Of a stretch of 64,000 nucleotides of DNA, positions 1 through 16,592 are shown piece after piece. The stretch is from the NCBI GenBank assembly GCA_014905635.1, contig JABVCE010000008.1, positions 992,001-1,056,000 of the forward strand, read 5' to 3'. Position numbers and translations under genes: made by a program. A model generated the notes under the pieces. That model searched no databases and was not told the origin of the DNA. It saw only the letters and a list, made by a program, of their open reading frames with translations. How positions within the stretch are numbered: the first letter of the stretch is position 1; every line of letters begins with the position of its first letter. This DNA comes from Scenedesmus sp. PABB004. Taxonomy: Eukaryota.

Positions 1-3000
1 GGTGCTGCCGAGGACAAGGCCGCGGGCCTGACAGAGGACCTGCAGGCGGCCGCGCAGCGGGAGCAGGCGCTGCAGCAGGCGCTGGCAGCGGCGCAGGAGG
101 AGCTGGGTGCGGCAAACGCGCGGGCGGCGGCGGCAGCGGCAGACCTGCAAGCGCAGCTGGGCGCGGCGCGCGCTGGCGCCGAGAAGCTGCAGAGCGACGC
201 AGCGGCGGCGCAGCAGGCGGCTGCCGCGGCGCAGGAGCAGCTCGACGCCGCCGCGGCGGCCATGTCGGCGGCCGAGGCGGACGCCGCCGCCGCCCGGTCC
301 GAGCTCAGCGCCGCGCAGGAGCGGCTGCAGGCAGCGCAGCACCAGGAGCAGCAGCTGCGCGGGCAGCTGGCCGAGGCGGAGGCCGGCCGCGCCGCCGCGC
401 GGACAGACGCCGCCGCGGCCCAGGCGCAGGCAGAGGCCGTCGCGCGGCAGCTGGAGGCAGCGACAGCGGCCGCCGCCACGAGCGGTGCTGCCGAGGACAA
501 GGCCGCGGGCCTGACAGAGGACCTGCAGGCGGCCGCGCAGCGGGAGCAGGCGCTGCAGCAGGCGCTGGCAGCGGCGCAGGAGGAGCTGGGTGCGGCAAAC
601 GCGCGGGCGGCGGCGGCAGCGGCAGACCTGCAAGCGCAGCTGGGCGCGGCGCGCGCTGGCGCCGAGAAGCTGCAGAGCGACGCAGCGGCGGCGCAGCAGG
701 CGGCTGCCGCGGCGCAGGAGCAGCTCGACGCCGCCGCGGCGGCCATGTCGGCGGCCGAGGCGGACGCCGCCGCCGCCCGGTCCGAGCTCAGCGCCGCGCA
801 GGAGCGGCTGCAGGCAGCGCAGCACCAGGAGCAGCAGCTGCGCGGGCAGCTGGCCGAGGCGGAGGCCGGCCGCGCCGCCGCGCGGACAGACGCCGCCGCG
901 GCCCAGGCGCAGGCAGAGGCCGTCGCGCGGCAGCTGGAGGCAGCGACAGCGGCCGCCGCCACGAGCGGTGCTGCCGAGGACAAGGCCGCGGGCCTGACAG
1001 AGGACCTGCAGGCGGCCGCGCAGCGGGAGCAGGCGCTGCAGCAGGCGCTGGCAGCGGCGCAGGAGGAGCTGGGTGCGGCAAACGCGCGGGCGGCGGCGGC
1101 AGCGGCAGACCTGCAAGCGCAGCTGGGCGCGGCGCGCGCTGGCGCCGAGAAGCTGCAGAGCGACGCAGCGGCGGCGCAGCAGGCGGCTGCCGCGGCGCAG
1201 GAGCAGCTCGACGCCGCCGCGGCGGCCATGTCGGCGGCCGAGGCGGACGCCGCCGCCGCCCGGTCCGAGCTCAGCGCCGCGCAGGAGCGGCTGCAGGCAG
1301 CGCAGCACCAGGAGCAGCAGCTGCGCGGGCAGCTGGCCGAGGCGGAGGCCGGCCGCGCCGCCGCGAGGACAGACGCCGCCGCGGCCCAGGCGCAGGCAGA
1401 GGCCGTCGCGCGGCAGCTGGAGGCAGCGACAGCGGCCGCCGCCACGAGCGGTGCTGCCGAGGACAAGGCCGCGGGCCTGACAGAGGACCTGCAGGCGGCC
1501 GCGCAGCGGGAGCAGGCGCTGCAGCAGGCGCTGGCAGCGGCGCAGGAGGAGCTGGGTGCGGCAAACGCGCGGGCGGCGGCGGCAGCGGCAGACCTGCAAG
1601 CGCAGCTGGGCGCGGCGCGCGCTGGCGCCGAGAAGCTGCAGAGCGACGCAGCGGCGGCGCAGCAGGCGGCTGCCGCGGCGCAGGAGCAGCTCGACGCCGC
1701 CGCGGCGGCCATGTCGGCGGCCGAGGCGGACGCCGCCGCCGCCCGGTCCGAGCTCAGCGCCGCGCAGGAGCGGCTGCAGGCAGCGCAGCACCAGGAGCAG
1801 CAGCTGCGCGGGCAGCTGGCCGAGGCGGAGGCCGGCCGCGCCGCCGCGCGGACAGACGCCGCCGCGGCCCAGGCGCAGGCAGAGGCCGTCGCGCGGCAGC
1901 TGGAGGCAGCGACAGCGGCCGCCGCCACGAGCGGTGCTGCCGAGGACAAGGCCGCGGGCCTGACAGAGGACCTGCAGGCGGCCGCGCAGCGGGAGCAGGC
2001 GCTGCAGCAGGCGCTGGCAGCGGCGCAGGAGGAGCTGGGTGCGGCAAACGCGCGGGCGGCGGCGGCAGCGGCAGACCTGCAAGCGCAGCTGGGCGCGGCG
2101 CGCGCTGGCGCCGAGAAGCTGCAGAGCGACGCAGCGGCGGCGCAGCAGGCGGCTGCCGCGGCGCAGGAGCAGCTCGACGCCGCCGCGGCGGCCATGTCGG
2201 CGGCCGAGGCGGACGCCGCCGCCGCCCGGTCCGAGCTCAGCGCCGCGCAGGAGCGGCTGCAGGCAGCGCAGCACCAGGAGCAGCAGCTGCGCGGGCAGCT
2301 GGCCGAGGCGGAGGCCGGCCGCGCCGCCGCGCGGACAGACGCCGCCGCGGCCCAGGCGCAGGCAGAGGCCGTCGCGCGGCAGCTGGAGGCAGCGACAGCG
2401 GCCGCCGCCACGAGCGGTGCTGCCGAGGACAAGGCCGCGGGCCTGACAGAGGACCTGCAGGCGGCCGCGCAGCGGGAGCAGGCGCTGCAGCAGGCGCTGG
2501 CAGCGGCGCAGGAGGAGCTGGGTGCGGCAAACGCGCGGGCGGCGGCGGCAGCGGCAGACCTGCAAGCGCAGCTGGGCGCGGCGCGCGCTGGCGCCGAGAA
2601 GCTGCAGAGCGACGCAGCGGCGGCGCAGCAGGCGGCTGCCGCGGCGCAGGAGCAGCTCGACGCCGCCGCGGCGGCCATGTCGGCGGCCGAGGCGGACGCC
2701 GCCGCCGCCCGGTCCGAGCTCAGCGCCGCGCAGGAGCGGCTGCAGGCAGCGCAGCACCAGGAGCAGCAGCTGCGCGGGCAGCTGGCCGAGGCGGAGGCCG
2801 GCCGCGCCGCCGCGAGGACAGACGCCGCCGCGGCCCAGGCGCAGGCAGAGGCCGTCGCGCGGCAGCTGGAGGCAGCGACAGCGGCCGCCGCCACGAGCGG
2901 TGCTGCCGAGGACAAGGCCGCGGGCCTGACAGAGGACCTGCAGGCGGCCGCGCAGCGGGAGCAGGCGCTGCAGCAGGCGCTGGCAGCGGCGCAGGAGGAG

Positions 3001-3275
3001 CTGGGTGCGGCAAACGCGCGGGCGGCGGCGGCAGCGGCAGACCTGCAAGCGCAGCTGGGCGCGGCGCGCGCTGGCGCCGAGAAGCTGCAGAGCGACGCAG
3101 CGGCGGCGCAGCAGGCGGCTGCCGCGGCGCAGGAGCAGCTCGACGCCGCCGCGGCGGCCATGTCGGCGGCCGAGGCGGACGCCGCCGCCGCCCGGTCCGA
3201 GCTCAGCGCCGCGCAGGAGCGGCTGCAGGCAGCGCAGCACCAGGAGCAGCAGCTGCGCGGGCAGCTGGCCGAGGC
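1..3275 (+). repeat. Coding tandem repeat, 483-bp unit, ~6.8 copies visible
   Basis: The identical MSAAEADAAAARSELS segment starts at 262, 745, 1228, 1711, 2194, 2677 and 3160. The only variant I saw is a synonymous C>A at 1366 and 2815. Confidence 0.98.
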
Positions 3276-4604
3276 AGACGCGGCCGCCGCCGCAACGGCG
3301 GCTGGTGCGGCCGCCACCGCGGGCGGCGGGGGCGCGGCTGCCGCCGCCGCGCTGACGGGCGCGCAGGAGGAGGTTGCACGGCTGCGCGCTGTGTCCGCTT
3401 CGCTTGCACAGGAGGTGGCGCAGCTGCAGGGCGGCGCGCAGCAGCTGCAGGAGCTGCGGTCCGAGCATGCGCGCGCCAAAGCGCAGTTGGCGCGTGCGCG
3501 CGAGCAGCTCCAGGACGCGGGGCGGCGCCTGTCGGCGTCGAGCGGCGGCGCCGAGGAGCCGGCCGACGCCGAGCTGGTGGGGCTGCGGCAGGAGGTCCAG
3601 CAGCTGCGGCAGGAGCTGGCCGCCGCACGCGCGGAGGCGGCGGCTGCGCTCGCCGCACCGCCCGACGCGGCGGGCGGCCCCGGCGGCGAGCTGGAGCTGC
3701 TGCGGTTTGAGAACGAGCTGCTGCGCGGCGACCTGGAGCGGCTAAGAACGGCGGGCGACGGCGCCGGCGGCGCCGGCGGCGCCGGCGGCGCCGGCGCCGG
3801 CCTGGACGGCCTGGTGGTGCTGCTGGCCGAGCTGCGGCACGTAGTGGAGGACTTCCCGGCTGCCGACCTCGACGCGACGGCGGGCGAGGCGCGCGCCGCG
3901 CTGGCCGGGGGCGCGGCGAGCGACGAGGCGGTGGAGCAGCTGCTCGCCGCGGTGGCTGCCAGCGCGGAGCGGCTCCACTCCGCCACGGAGCGCGCGCAGG
4001 GCCTGCTGCAGCGCCTGCCGGCCGCGCAGGCCGGCGACGCCGGCGGCGCGGAGCAGCTGGCGGCGCTGCTGTCGCGCATGACTGCCCTGCTGTCGGCGCG
4101 CAGCCAGCAGCTCAACGAGCTCAAGTGCGACCGCCTGCTTGCGCAGGCGGTCAGCAGCGGCGGCGCCGCCAACGGCGCGCCCGCCGGCGCGGGCCAGGCG
4201 CAGCACGGCGGCGTGCTCAGCGCCGCGCGCGGCGTGGGCGCCCAGGCGCTGGCGGCGGGCGAGGGCGTGCGCAGCGCGCTCGCAAAGTTTGTGGGCCCCG
4301 CGGCGGACGGCGCCAGCGGCGGCGGCGGCGGCTGGCCGTTCACCGCGCCGCACGCGCCCGGGCCCCCGGCGCCGACGCGCACGGCGGCGGCGGCGGCGCC
4401 GGCCCGCTCAGCGGGCTGGGCGGCCGCGCGGGCGCGGGCGTGCACACGGCGCCCCCCAACGTCCTGGGCGGCCTCGGCCAGCGCGTGACGGAGGGCATGT
4501 CGGGCCTGGGCTCGCTTCTGGGGCGCAGCGCGTCGGCGCGCCAGCCGGCGTCGCCTGGGGCGCAGCCACCGCCGGCGCAGCAGCCGCCGCAGCACCACTG
4601 GTAG
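1..4604 (+). CDS. Large coiled-coil protein (5'-truncated by the window) made of 161-aa tandem repeats plus a unique C-terminal region
   Basis: Frame +1 is open from base 1 and is rich in A/Q/E/L heptads. The listed ORF stops at 4488, but a more protein-like C-terminus (PGADAHGGGG...QQPPQHHW*) continues in another frame to TAG at 4604. The apparent shift is near a C-run at ~4362. Confidence 0.8.
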
Positions 4605-4822
4605 CGAGCGGAGGGGGCGCTGTGCCGCTGCAACCGACGTGCGTCACCCCGGCGGGCCGCAGCCGAAAACGGCGCCGTGCCTGTTGCAGCACGCGCGCGG
4701 CAGCACTACTACTCCATTCTTCGCTGCGCCCAGCGGCGCGGTGGCTGACCTAGATCTAGACTTAGATCCGTGAACTAGCTACACAGCAACCTAGGACACC
4801 CAGTAAGCAGACTGCCAGGGGT

Positions 4823-5880
4823 TCAGCCCCTGCGGCCGCCCATGCCCTGCCCGCCGGCACCGCCGCCGCCGCCTGCAGCGCCCCCGCCGCCCGCGCTCGC
4901 TGCGCCCCCGCCGCCGGCAGCGGCGGCGTCGCCCCCGGCGCTGGCGCACGCCACGCGGCGCCCCGCGCGCCGGCTCGCGCCCGTGCGGGCGAGGGCCAGG
5001 CGCGCCGCGTCGACGGGCTTCCAGCGCAGCACCGGCAGCAGCACGGGGTCCAGGTCAACGCTGCGCTCCAGCTGCGCGGCGGCGGTGGCGGGCGCAGTGG
5101 CCAGGCGGTGGCCGCGCGTGAGGGCTGGGTGGGGCCCACGCCGGACGGCGCCGTCGCCCCTCGCGAGCCCAGGATCGAGCTCGGCGGCCCTGCGGGCTCA
5201 CCAGGCGCAGCGCGGCCCAGAGGTTGCCCTTCTCGAGCTCCATCAGCCCCCACGCCTGCGCAAGGCACCCGCTGCGCGGGTTGGCGTGCAGGCCGCGCTG
5301 GAGGATGGCGCGCGCCTCCGCGAGCCGCGCGGCGTCGCCCGTCGTGCGCCACATGCGGCGCTCGAGCTGCGCGCGCACGAGGCGGGGGCGGGGGCAGCAC
5401 GTTGGGTGACGGGCGCCGGCGCTGGCTGGTCGCGCGCCGCGCGTGGCTCGACCGGCGACCTTTGGCGCACACCTGCGCGTACGACACCCACGCCCGGCAG
5501 AGGCCCGGCTGCGCCTCCAGCAGCTCCTGAAAGGCGGCGCGAGCCTCGTCGTAAGCCTCGTGCCGAGACAGCTCCAGCGCGCGCCTGTGGAGGGCGGGCG
5601 GGTGGCGGCGAGTTCGCCGGCGCCGGCGGGTGGCGGCGAGTTTGCGGGCCACGCCGGGCCCGGCGCCCGCGCTGGCTGGCTGGCGGCCGGCTCGCCGCCG
5701 CCGCGCCGGGCGCCCGCACTCGTAGAGGAGCTCAGAGCTGCTGGGGTCGTGCTCATGAGGCACCGCTTGGGCGCGGATGGGGCGCAGCGCGCGCGCAGGA
5801 CCGGGCCGGGGCGCTCGCGCCGGAACGCTGGCGCGCAACCGGTCGGCCGGGCGCTGGCCGGCCCCGACAGCTGCCCTCAT
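4823..5880 (-). CDS. HAT/TPR-repeat protein, probably organelle-targeted (HCF107/Mbb1-type helical repeats), 3 exons
   Basis: Spliced exons give YDEARAAFQELLEAQPGLCRAWVSYAQ / LERR...LAEARAILQRGLHANPRSGCLAQAWGLMELEKGNLWAALRL / LERSVDLDPVLLPVLRW. The N-terminus is R/A/P-rich and transit-peptide-like. Confidence 0.75.
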
Positions 5881-6269
5881 GAGTGCGTGCGCTGGACGCA
5901 ACCGCGCGAGCGCTGCTGCGCGCGAGTGCGCCGCGCAGCAGCGCACTCGACGGCCTCGCGCGGCCCGCTGCCCGCGGCGTATGGGCGCACCCCCGGCCGC
6001 GGCACGTCGGGGAGGCGACAGTCGTGAGGACCACGCGCGCGAGGCTTTTCAGCCTGAGATCCGCGCCGCGACGCCGCCGCTCGGCGCACGCCCCGCCGCG
6101 CGGGGCGCACGCCGCACACAAGCCGCACCCAGCGAGCGACAGCGCTGACCACAGCGTGCCCAAAACGCGCGCCACCGCCTGCGACGCGCGGCGCACGCCG
6201 CGCCCGCAACACCCCAACGTCCCCGCAACGCGCCGCCCCGCCCCCCGCAACGCGCGGCGCCCCGCCGCG

Positions 6270-9976
<3,707 letters not shown>

Positions 9977-10441
9977 TCACGCCTTGTGCGCCGCGGGGCG
10001 CGTTCGGCCCCGACGCTGCACCCGAAGTGCCCGGCACGCTGCTCGGGCTGCGGGGCTGCCGGCGCGCCGCTCGCGCCCAGGATCGGTGTCTCGGCTGGCG
10101 CAGGCGCGGCGCGGGTGCAGCGCGGCGAGCAGCGGCGAGGCAGAAGTCGAGCCCAGGACGCCTTGCCCGGTCTGCGCCGCGCATCGCGGGAGCCATGGTG
10201 CGGATCGCGCCACGACCGCCGCGTTCTGGCGGCGAGCGGGCGCGCGGGCGCTGCGGCGCCATCGGTCGGCCAGGGATGCGGGCGCTGGGGGGCGCTGGTG
10301 GGCGCGCGACGGCGGCCCGTCGCGCCGCGGCGCGCCGGGGGCGCACTCGGAGGCGGGGGCGGGGCCCGGATGGCCAGCCCGCGGCCCGCGGCCCAGCCTC
10401 CCGCGCCTGCTGCCGCTCGCAGAGTCTGCTCGTGCCGCGGG

Positions 10442-12773
10442 ATGGCCACTGAGGCGCACCGCGAGGCCCCACAGGTGCGCCGAACGGGTCCCAGCAGTGC
10501 GGGGGCGCGGCGCGGGCGCCAGCGGCGCCGCGCCGGCGCGGGGGCGCGCGCTGCTGCTGCGGGCGCCGCGCCCGCGCGCGCTGCGGGCGCCGCAGGCCCG
10601 CCCGCCCCGCCCGCGGCCGCGCCGCAGGTCGATCGCTCGCCCGCCGGCCCCTGCGGGGCCCGCGGCGACGGTGCAGGGCCCGCGGCGGGGAGCGTCGAGT
10701 GCAGCACCCGGGCGCCGCCCGCCTCGCGCGTGGGGGAGCCCCGTGATGCGCCGGACGGCCTAGGCGGCGCGGGCATGCCAGCCCCGCCAGGCCAGCAGGA
10801 CAGCACCGTGTCCGGCTACACGTCGACCGACGCCGCCGCGCCGCCAGACGGCGGCGGCGGCGGCGGCGCCGCCGACTGGTCGCCGTCGGGCATGGACGCC
10901 AAGCGCGGCGGGGGCGAGCTGGAGCCGCCGGACGGCGCGCGCGGCGAGCGCGCGGGCTCGGGCACCGACGCCAGCAGCAGCCCGCGCGGGGGCGGCGACG
11001 GCGCCTGCGACGCCGCGGCGGAGCCTGCGGCGCCCGCGGAGCAGCTGCAGCAGCAGCCGGGCGGCGACGGCGGCGGCGACGGCGAGCGGCTGCCGGCGCG
11101 CGCAGAGCCGCCGGCGCAGCAGCAGGCGGCGCAGCAGGCGCAGCAGGCGCAGCAGCAGCAGCAGGCGGCGCAGGCGGCGGCGCAGGGCAGCAGCAAGCGT
11201 TCGAGCCCGACCAGCATGCCGATAGCAAGGTTTGACCCGTCGCTCGTGGCTGCCGTGCGGTGCGCGGCCGACATCCTGCAGACCGACGACGGGTGGAGCA
11301 AGGAGGAGGCCGCGTCCACCATCGCGGCGCTCGCCGCCAAGTTTCAAAACTCCAAGAGCCGCTCAGCGGCGGTGGCGGCGGCCGCCGCCGCCGCGGCGGC
11401 GCCCAGCGGCGCGGCCGCGGCCGCGGCCGCGGCCGCGCACACGCTGCTGGCGCCGCAGCCGGGCGGCAGCGCGACCAGCCTGCTGCAGCAGGGCTCGCAC
11501 AGCTCGGGCGGGCTCGGGCCGGGGCTGTCGACGCTGCTGCCCGGCCAGGACCTGCTGGCGCGGCAGGCGCCGCGGCTGCACCCCTTCCTGCCCAGCCTGG
11601 GCAAGCCGGCGCTGTCGGCGGGCGCCAGCGGCGGCGCCGCGCCCTGCGGCAGCCTGCCGCGCACGAGCCCGCTGCTGAGCTGGGGCGCCGGCGGCGGGGC
11701 GGGCCGGCGATGTCGGCCGGGCCGGCCACCAGCGGCGGCGGCGCGGGCGCGACCAGCAACGGCCTCGTGCATGGCAGCCTGCACGTCGCGTGCTCAGTCG
11801 GCCACCTGGGGCTGCGGCAGAGCAACCAGCCCGCGGAGCAGCAGGGCGGCGCAGGTGCGGGCGGCACGCCCGGTGCGCAGGGGCCCGACTGCGTCAGCGG
11901 CAGCACCGGCGCGCCCGCGGGCAGCGGCGGCGCGCCGGGCGGCCCGGGGCTGGCCAGCAAGCCCAGCATGCAGGGCTCGTCTGCGCTGTGCAGCATGCCC
12001 TGCTCGCCCGCCGCTGAGGAGGGCAGCGACGCGGCGGAGGCGGCGAAGCGCGCGTTGGCGGCGAAGCAGGCCGCCGCGCTGCACGCGCGCGCGACCAGGC
12101 CCAGCCGGCAGCAGTCCGCCAGCGAGGCAGCCAACGCGGCGGTGGCCGCGCTCTGCGGCGAGGACACAGCCGCCACCGCCGACGACACCGTCGCGGCCGC
12201 GGCTGCCGCGGCCGCGGTCGTCGCGTCGGCGGCCACGGAGCGCGCCGCCGCCGCCGCCGCCGCGGCGGGTGCCGGCGACCGGCAGCAGGCCAGCGCGGGC
12301 GGCTCCACCAGCGACCGGCAGCCAAATTCGGCGCAGCCGCCGGCGGGCGCGCCCGGCGCCGCGCCCAACCACCTGGCCGGCCACGTCACCGCGAGCGTGA
12401 GCGAGGCCATCAACCAGTCGGCGGCGCAGGGCCAGCAGCCGCAGCTCCCCATCGCGCTGCTGGCGCTGCTGCAGTCGGGGCAGCCGCAGGCGCTGCCCCT
12501 CATGTCGGCGCTGCTGCGGTCGGGCAACCTGCGGCCGCCGGTGGCGGAGGCGCTCAAGGCGCGGCTGGCGACCTACCTGCAGCAGCAGCAGGCCGCAGGC
12601 GGCAACAGCGGTCAGGCCGCAGCCGCGGCGGCCGCTGCGGTCGCGGCCGCCTCCGCGGACGACGCCACTGCCGGCGAGGCTGCGGACCCAGCGGCGGCGG
12701 CGGGTCAGCAGCAGCAGCCGGACGAGGCGCAGGCGCTGGTGCAGCAGCAGGAGCAGCAGCAGGAGCAGCAGCA

Positions 12774-12825
<52 letters not shown>

Positions 12826-13481
12826 CAGCAGCAGCAGCAGCCACAACAGGAGGTGGACGGCGCAGCAACGGCCGAGCCAAAGCCCACGCTGCCGGCCTCG
12901 TCCGACTCGCGCTCCGTGGGCAGCATCGCCGCCGCGGGCTCGCACGCATCGGCAGAGGCGCACGCGGCCGAGCCCGCCAAGCGAAAGCGCGGCCGGCAGC
13001 CGTCGGCCAAGGCCGTCGAGGCTGCCGCCGCCGCCGCGGACGCGGCGGCGGCGGTGCCGGACGTGCGGCCGCCCAAGCGCCAGGCCAAGGGCTCGGCGGG
13101 CAAGGACGTGCCGCCACCGCCGCAGCCGCCGGGCGGCAAGGGCAAGCGCGCCCGCAACAGCAAGTCGGACAAGGCCGCCGCGGCGGCGGCGCGCGACGAG
13201 GAGGCCGGCGGCGACGGGCTGGGCATGCAAGGCTCGTTTGGCGGCGACGGCATGGCAGGCATGCTGTCAGCCCAGCTGGCCATGGCGGGCCAGCAGGGCC
13301 TCGCCTCGCAGCTCAGCCTCGGCCAGCTGGGGTCGGACGCCTTTGGCGGCCTCGGCGGCGGCGGCGCACTCGCGCAGCTGCAGCAGGCCGGCGGCGGCGA
13401 CGCGATGGGCCAGCAGCAGCAGCTGCTCATGCTCATGCAGCTGCAGCAGCAGCAGGCGCAGCAGCAGCAGCTGCAGCAGGC

Positions 13482-13513
<32 letters not shown>

Positions 13514-14561
13514 CGGCGCTGGCGCTGCAGCAGCAGCACCACCAGCACCAGCAGCAGCAGGCGGTCGGCGGCGCGCAGCAGCTGCTGCAGCAGATCCAGC
13601 AGCTGCCGCCCGCGGCGGCGCAGCAGGTGGCCGCGATCGCTGCCAAGCTGCCGCCGGACATGCCGCAGCCGATGCGGCAGGCGCTGCTGTCGCGCGCCGC
13701 CAAGTCGGTGATGGCTCGCATGGGCCTCTCCGGCGGCGACGACAAGCCGCCCGGCGCGTGGGGCGGCGGCGCTGCCGGCGGCGCGCCGGACTCGGCCGCG
13801 GCGCTCGGGGGCGCCAGCGGCGCGGAGCTGCTGCCCGGCATGCTCGCGGCCGCGCAGAACCACCCGCAGCTGCGCGCGCTGCCGCCGGAGCGGCGGGAGC
13901 AGTTCCTCAAGCAGCTCCTGCAGCAGCAGCAGGCGCGCAAGCTGGCGGCCGCGCAGGCGGGCAAGCCCGACCCGGCCGCCGCGGCGGCGGCCATGGCCGG
14001 CGGCGACGTGTGGCACGCGCTGCAGGCGCACAAGGAGCAGCAGGCCAAGATGCAGGCGGAGGCGGCGGTGAAGCAGCTGATGGGCGGGTCGCAGCCCATG
14101 GCGCTCGACGGCGGCTGGGGCGGCGACGGCTCGGTGGAGCAGGCCGGGGGCGTGCAGGGCATGCACGGCGTCGGCGACGGCGGCTTTGCAGCCATGCGCG
14201 CCACGCTCTCGCCCGACGGCCTGCTCGACACCACCGCCGCGGCGCGCGCGGCGGCGGGCGGCGACGGCGCCGGCGGCCTGCTGGGCGGCGGCGGCGGCAT
14301 GCTCGGCGGCGCCGCGGGCAACGCGGCGGCGCTGCAGAGCCTGCAGCGGCCGCAGTACATGCAGACGCTGGAGCAGCAGCTCGCGCTGCACGGCATGACC
14401 AAGAAGCGGCTGCTGGAGCTGATGAAGGAGGTCGGCCCGCTCGCGGCGCTGAAGTCGATCGGCATGCACCACTCGGCGCTCTCGCTGCCCGGCGCCGGCG
14501 GCGGCGGCGGCGGGCTCGACCCCGCGGCCGCGGCGGCGATGCCGGCCAGCCTCAGCCTGCT

Positions 14562-14605
<44 letters not shown>

Positions 14606-15576
14606 CCGCGTTTGCGGCGCAGCAGCAGATGCTGCTGAACCAGCGCCTGCAGCAGCAGCTCGGGGGCATGGCCGGCGACGGCGGCGCGGGCCTGTTCATG
14701 CAGCAGCAGCTGTTCCAGCAGCAGCAGCAGGCGGCGGCGGTGCAGCAGCAGCAGCAGCCGCAGTGGCTCAGCTCCATGGCCGGCGCCGGCATGGCTGGCC
14801 TCGGCGGCTTCGACCTGTCAGGCATGGGCGGCGCGTTTGGCGCGGCCGGCGGCATGCCCGGCGCCGGCTACGGCATGCCCGGCGCCGGCGACCCCCTGGG
14901 CGAGCTGCTCGCCGGCATGCAGAACGGCGCCAGCGGCAGGGGCAGCATGGCCTGCTTCGACGGCCTGGCCGGCGGGGACGGGCTGGGCGGCGGCGCGCAG
15001 ATGCAGGCTCAGATGTCGGGCCTGCTGGCGCTCGGCGGCGCCGGGGCGCCGGGCGCGGCCGTGCCGAGCTCGGACGGCCTGCCGGCGGCCATGGCGGGCG
15101 TCGGCGGCTGGCTCTCGGCCGGCTTCGGCGCCCAGCAGCAGCAGCAGCAGCAGCGGCAGCAGCAGCAGCCGCCGCCTGGCGGCTCAGCGGCGCTGGACCC
15201 GCCCATCCTGGACTTTCCAGACTCCCTGGGCGGGCTGCTGGCGCAGGCCGGCGCAGGCCAGGGCGGCCAGCAGCTGCAGCCCGCCGGCGGCAGCGCCGCG
15301 GTGGCGGCGGCGGCGCAGCAGCAGTCGCAGCTACAGCCGCAGCAGCCGCAGCAGCCGCAGCGGCCGCAGCAGCCGCAGCAGCCCGCGGCGAGCGCGGACC
15401 TCGCGGGCGGGCTGCTGTCGTTCCAGGGCGACGACGACCCGCTGGCGCTCGAGATGGGGGACGTTGACGCGCTGCTGGCCAGCATGGACGCCGGCCTGAT
15501 GGGCATGCAGGCGCTGGCCGGCGACGGCGGCGCGGCGTCGCAGGCGCTGCAGGACGTGTGGAGCCGCGCCACCTAA
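10442..15576 (+). CDS. Large Q/A/G-rich low-complexity protein, putative nuclear regulator
   Basis: Exon 1 MATEAHREAPQ, GT-AG intron 10475-10627, then a long exon. An apparent frameshift at ~11695 joins ORF 9986..12400 to ORF 11260..15576. It has polyQ tracts and basic patches (KRKRGRQP, GKGKRARNSK). Confidence 0.7.
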
Positions 15577-16592
15577 CTGCCGCGCCACCTGACCGCGCGG
15601 CCGCGTCCGCGGCGCGCATGCAATTGGGCGGCACTGAACGCGGCGGCGGGCGGCGGGCGGCCTCTGCACGCGAGAACAGCGCGGTCGGCGCGCCCGGTGC
15701 CGGGCTGGGGGGCCGGGCTGCCTTTGGCATCAACTCTCGGGCGGGGGCCCGGGCCGTGTGTGCGACCGGGTGGCAACTAGTTCCCCGGGCTGGCGACTGA
15801 CAGCCGTGACGCGTTCGCTTTGTGTGTGGTGCGGGCACGCCCCTCGCGCGCGGTGGTGCCGGCAGACGCCCCACCCGCTTCTCTGCCCCACGGTGGTGGT
15901 GGTGCGCTTGCATCGCTGCCGTCGCGTGTGCTGGCCTCGGTTGGTCTTGGAAAGCAATCAACTGCTCAGGCGCTGGCCTTCAAACGCGTGTTTGTTGATC
16001 GCGCGTGCGCCGGCGGCGGCCCCTCGCCGCCCCCTGACCGCGGCCACCGGGCGCGCGGCGGGGCGGCGCGCCCCCACTTGCGATGCGCGGCCGCGTCCTC
16101 GCGCGCGCAGACCAGGCATCAATAACATTGAGGCACGCTGTGCATGGCGCCCTGCCGGGGTCGGTTGCGACGGGCGCCGACGCGCGTGCCCGCGGCGCGC
16201 CACGCTGCGTGAGCTGTGCGACGTGCCTTTCTGCATCTCTCTAACTGTCCGATCACCCCTTTGGCAACAAAACAATTGCAGGACCTCATTTAACGGGCGG
16301 GAGGAGGCGTGGACTTGGCGCGCGACGGACCGCCCGTGCCCTGCTCAAGCGAGCGAGTGCTGTTGGTTTTTCTTGGACTGGCCTCGGCGTGTAACGATGA
16401 CCGCGATAAGCTGTGTCCTTCTCACGTCGCACGCGGTCAGGCCGCAGACAGCGTGGTTGCCGGCGCTCGAGCGGGCGCTGCGGGCCCTGCGCCGCCGGTG
16501 TCCGCCGCAGCGCCCTTCCCGCCTCCGTGCGGCCCCTGCTCGAAATTGCGCACGTGCTTGGGGCGCAACGCAGCTCCGCGGCCTGGCACACG

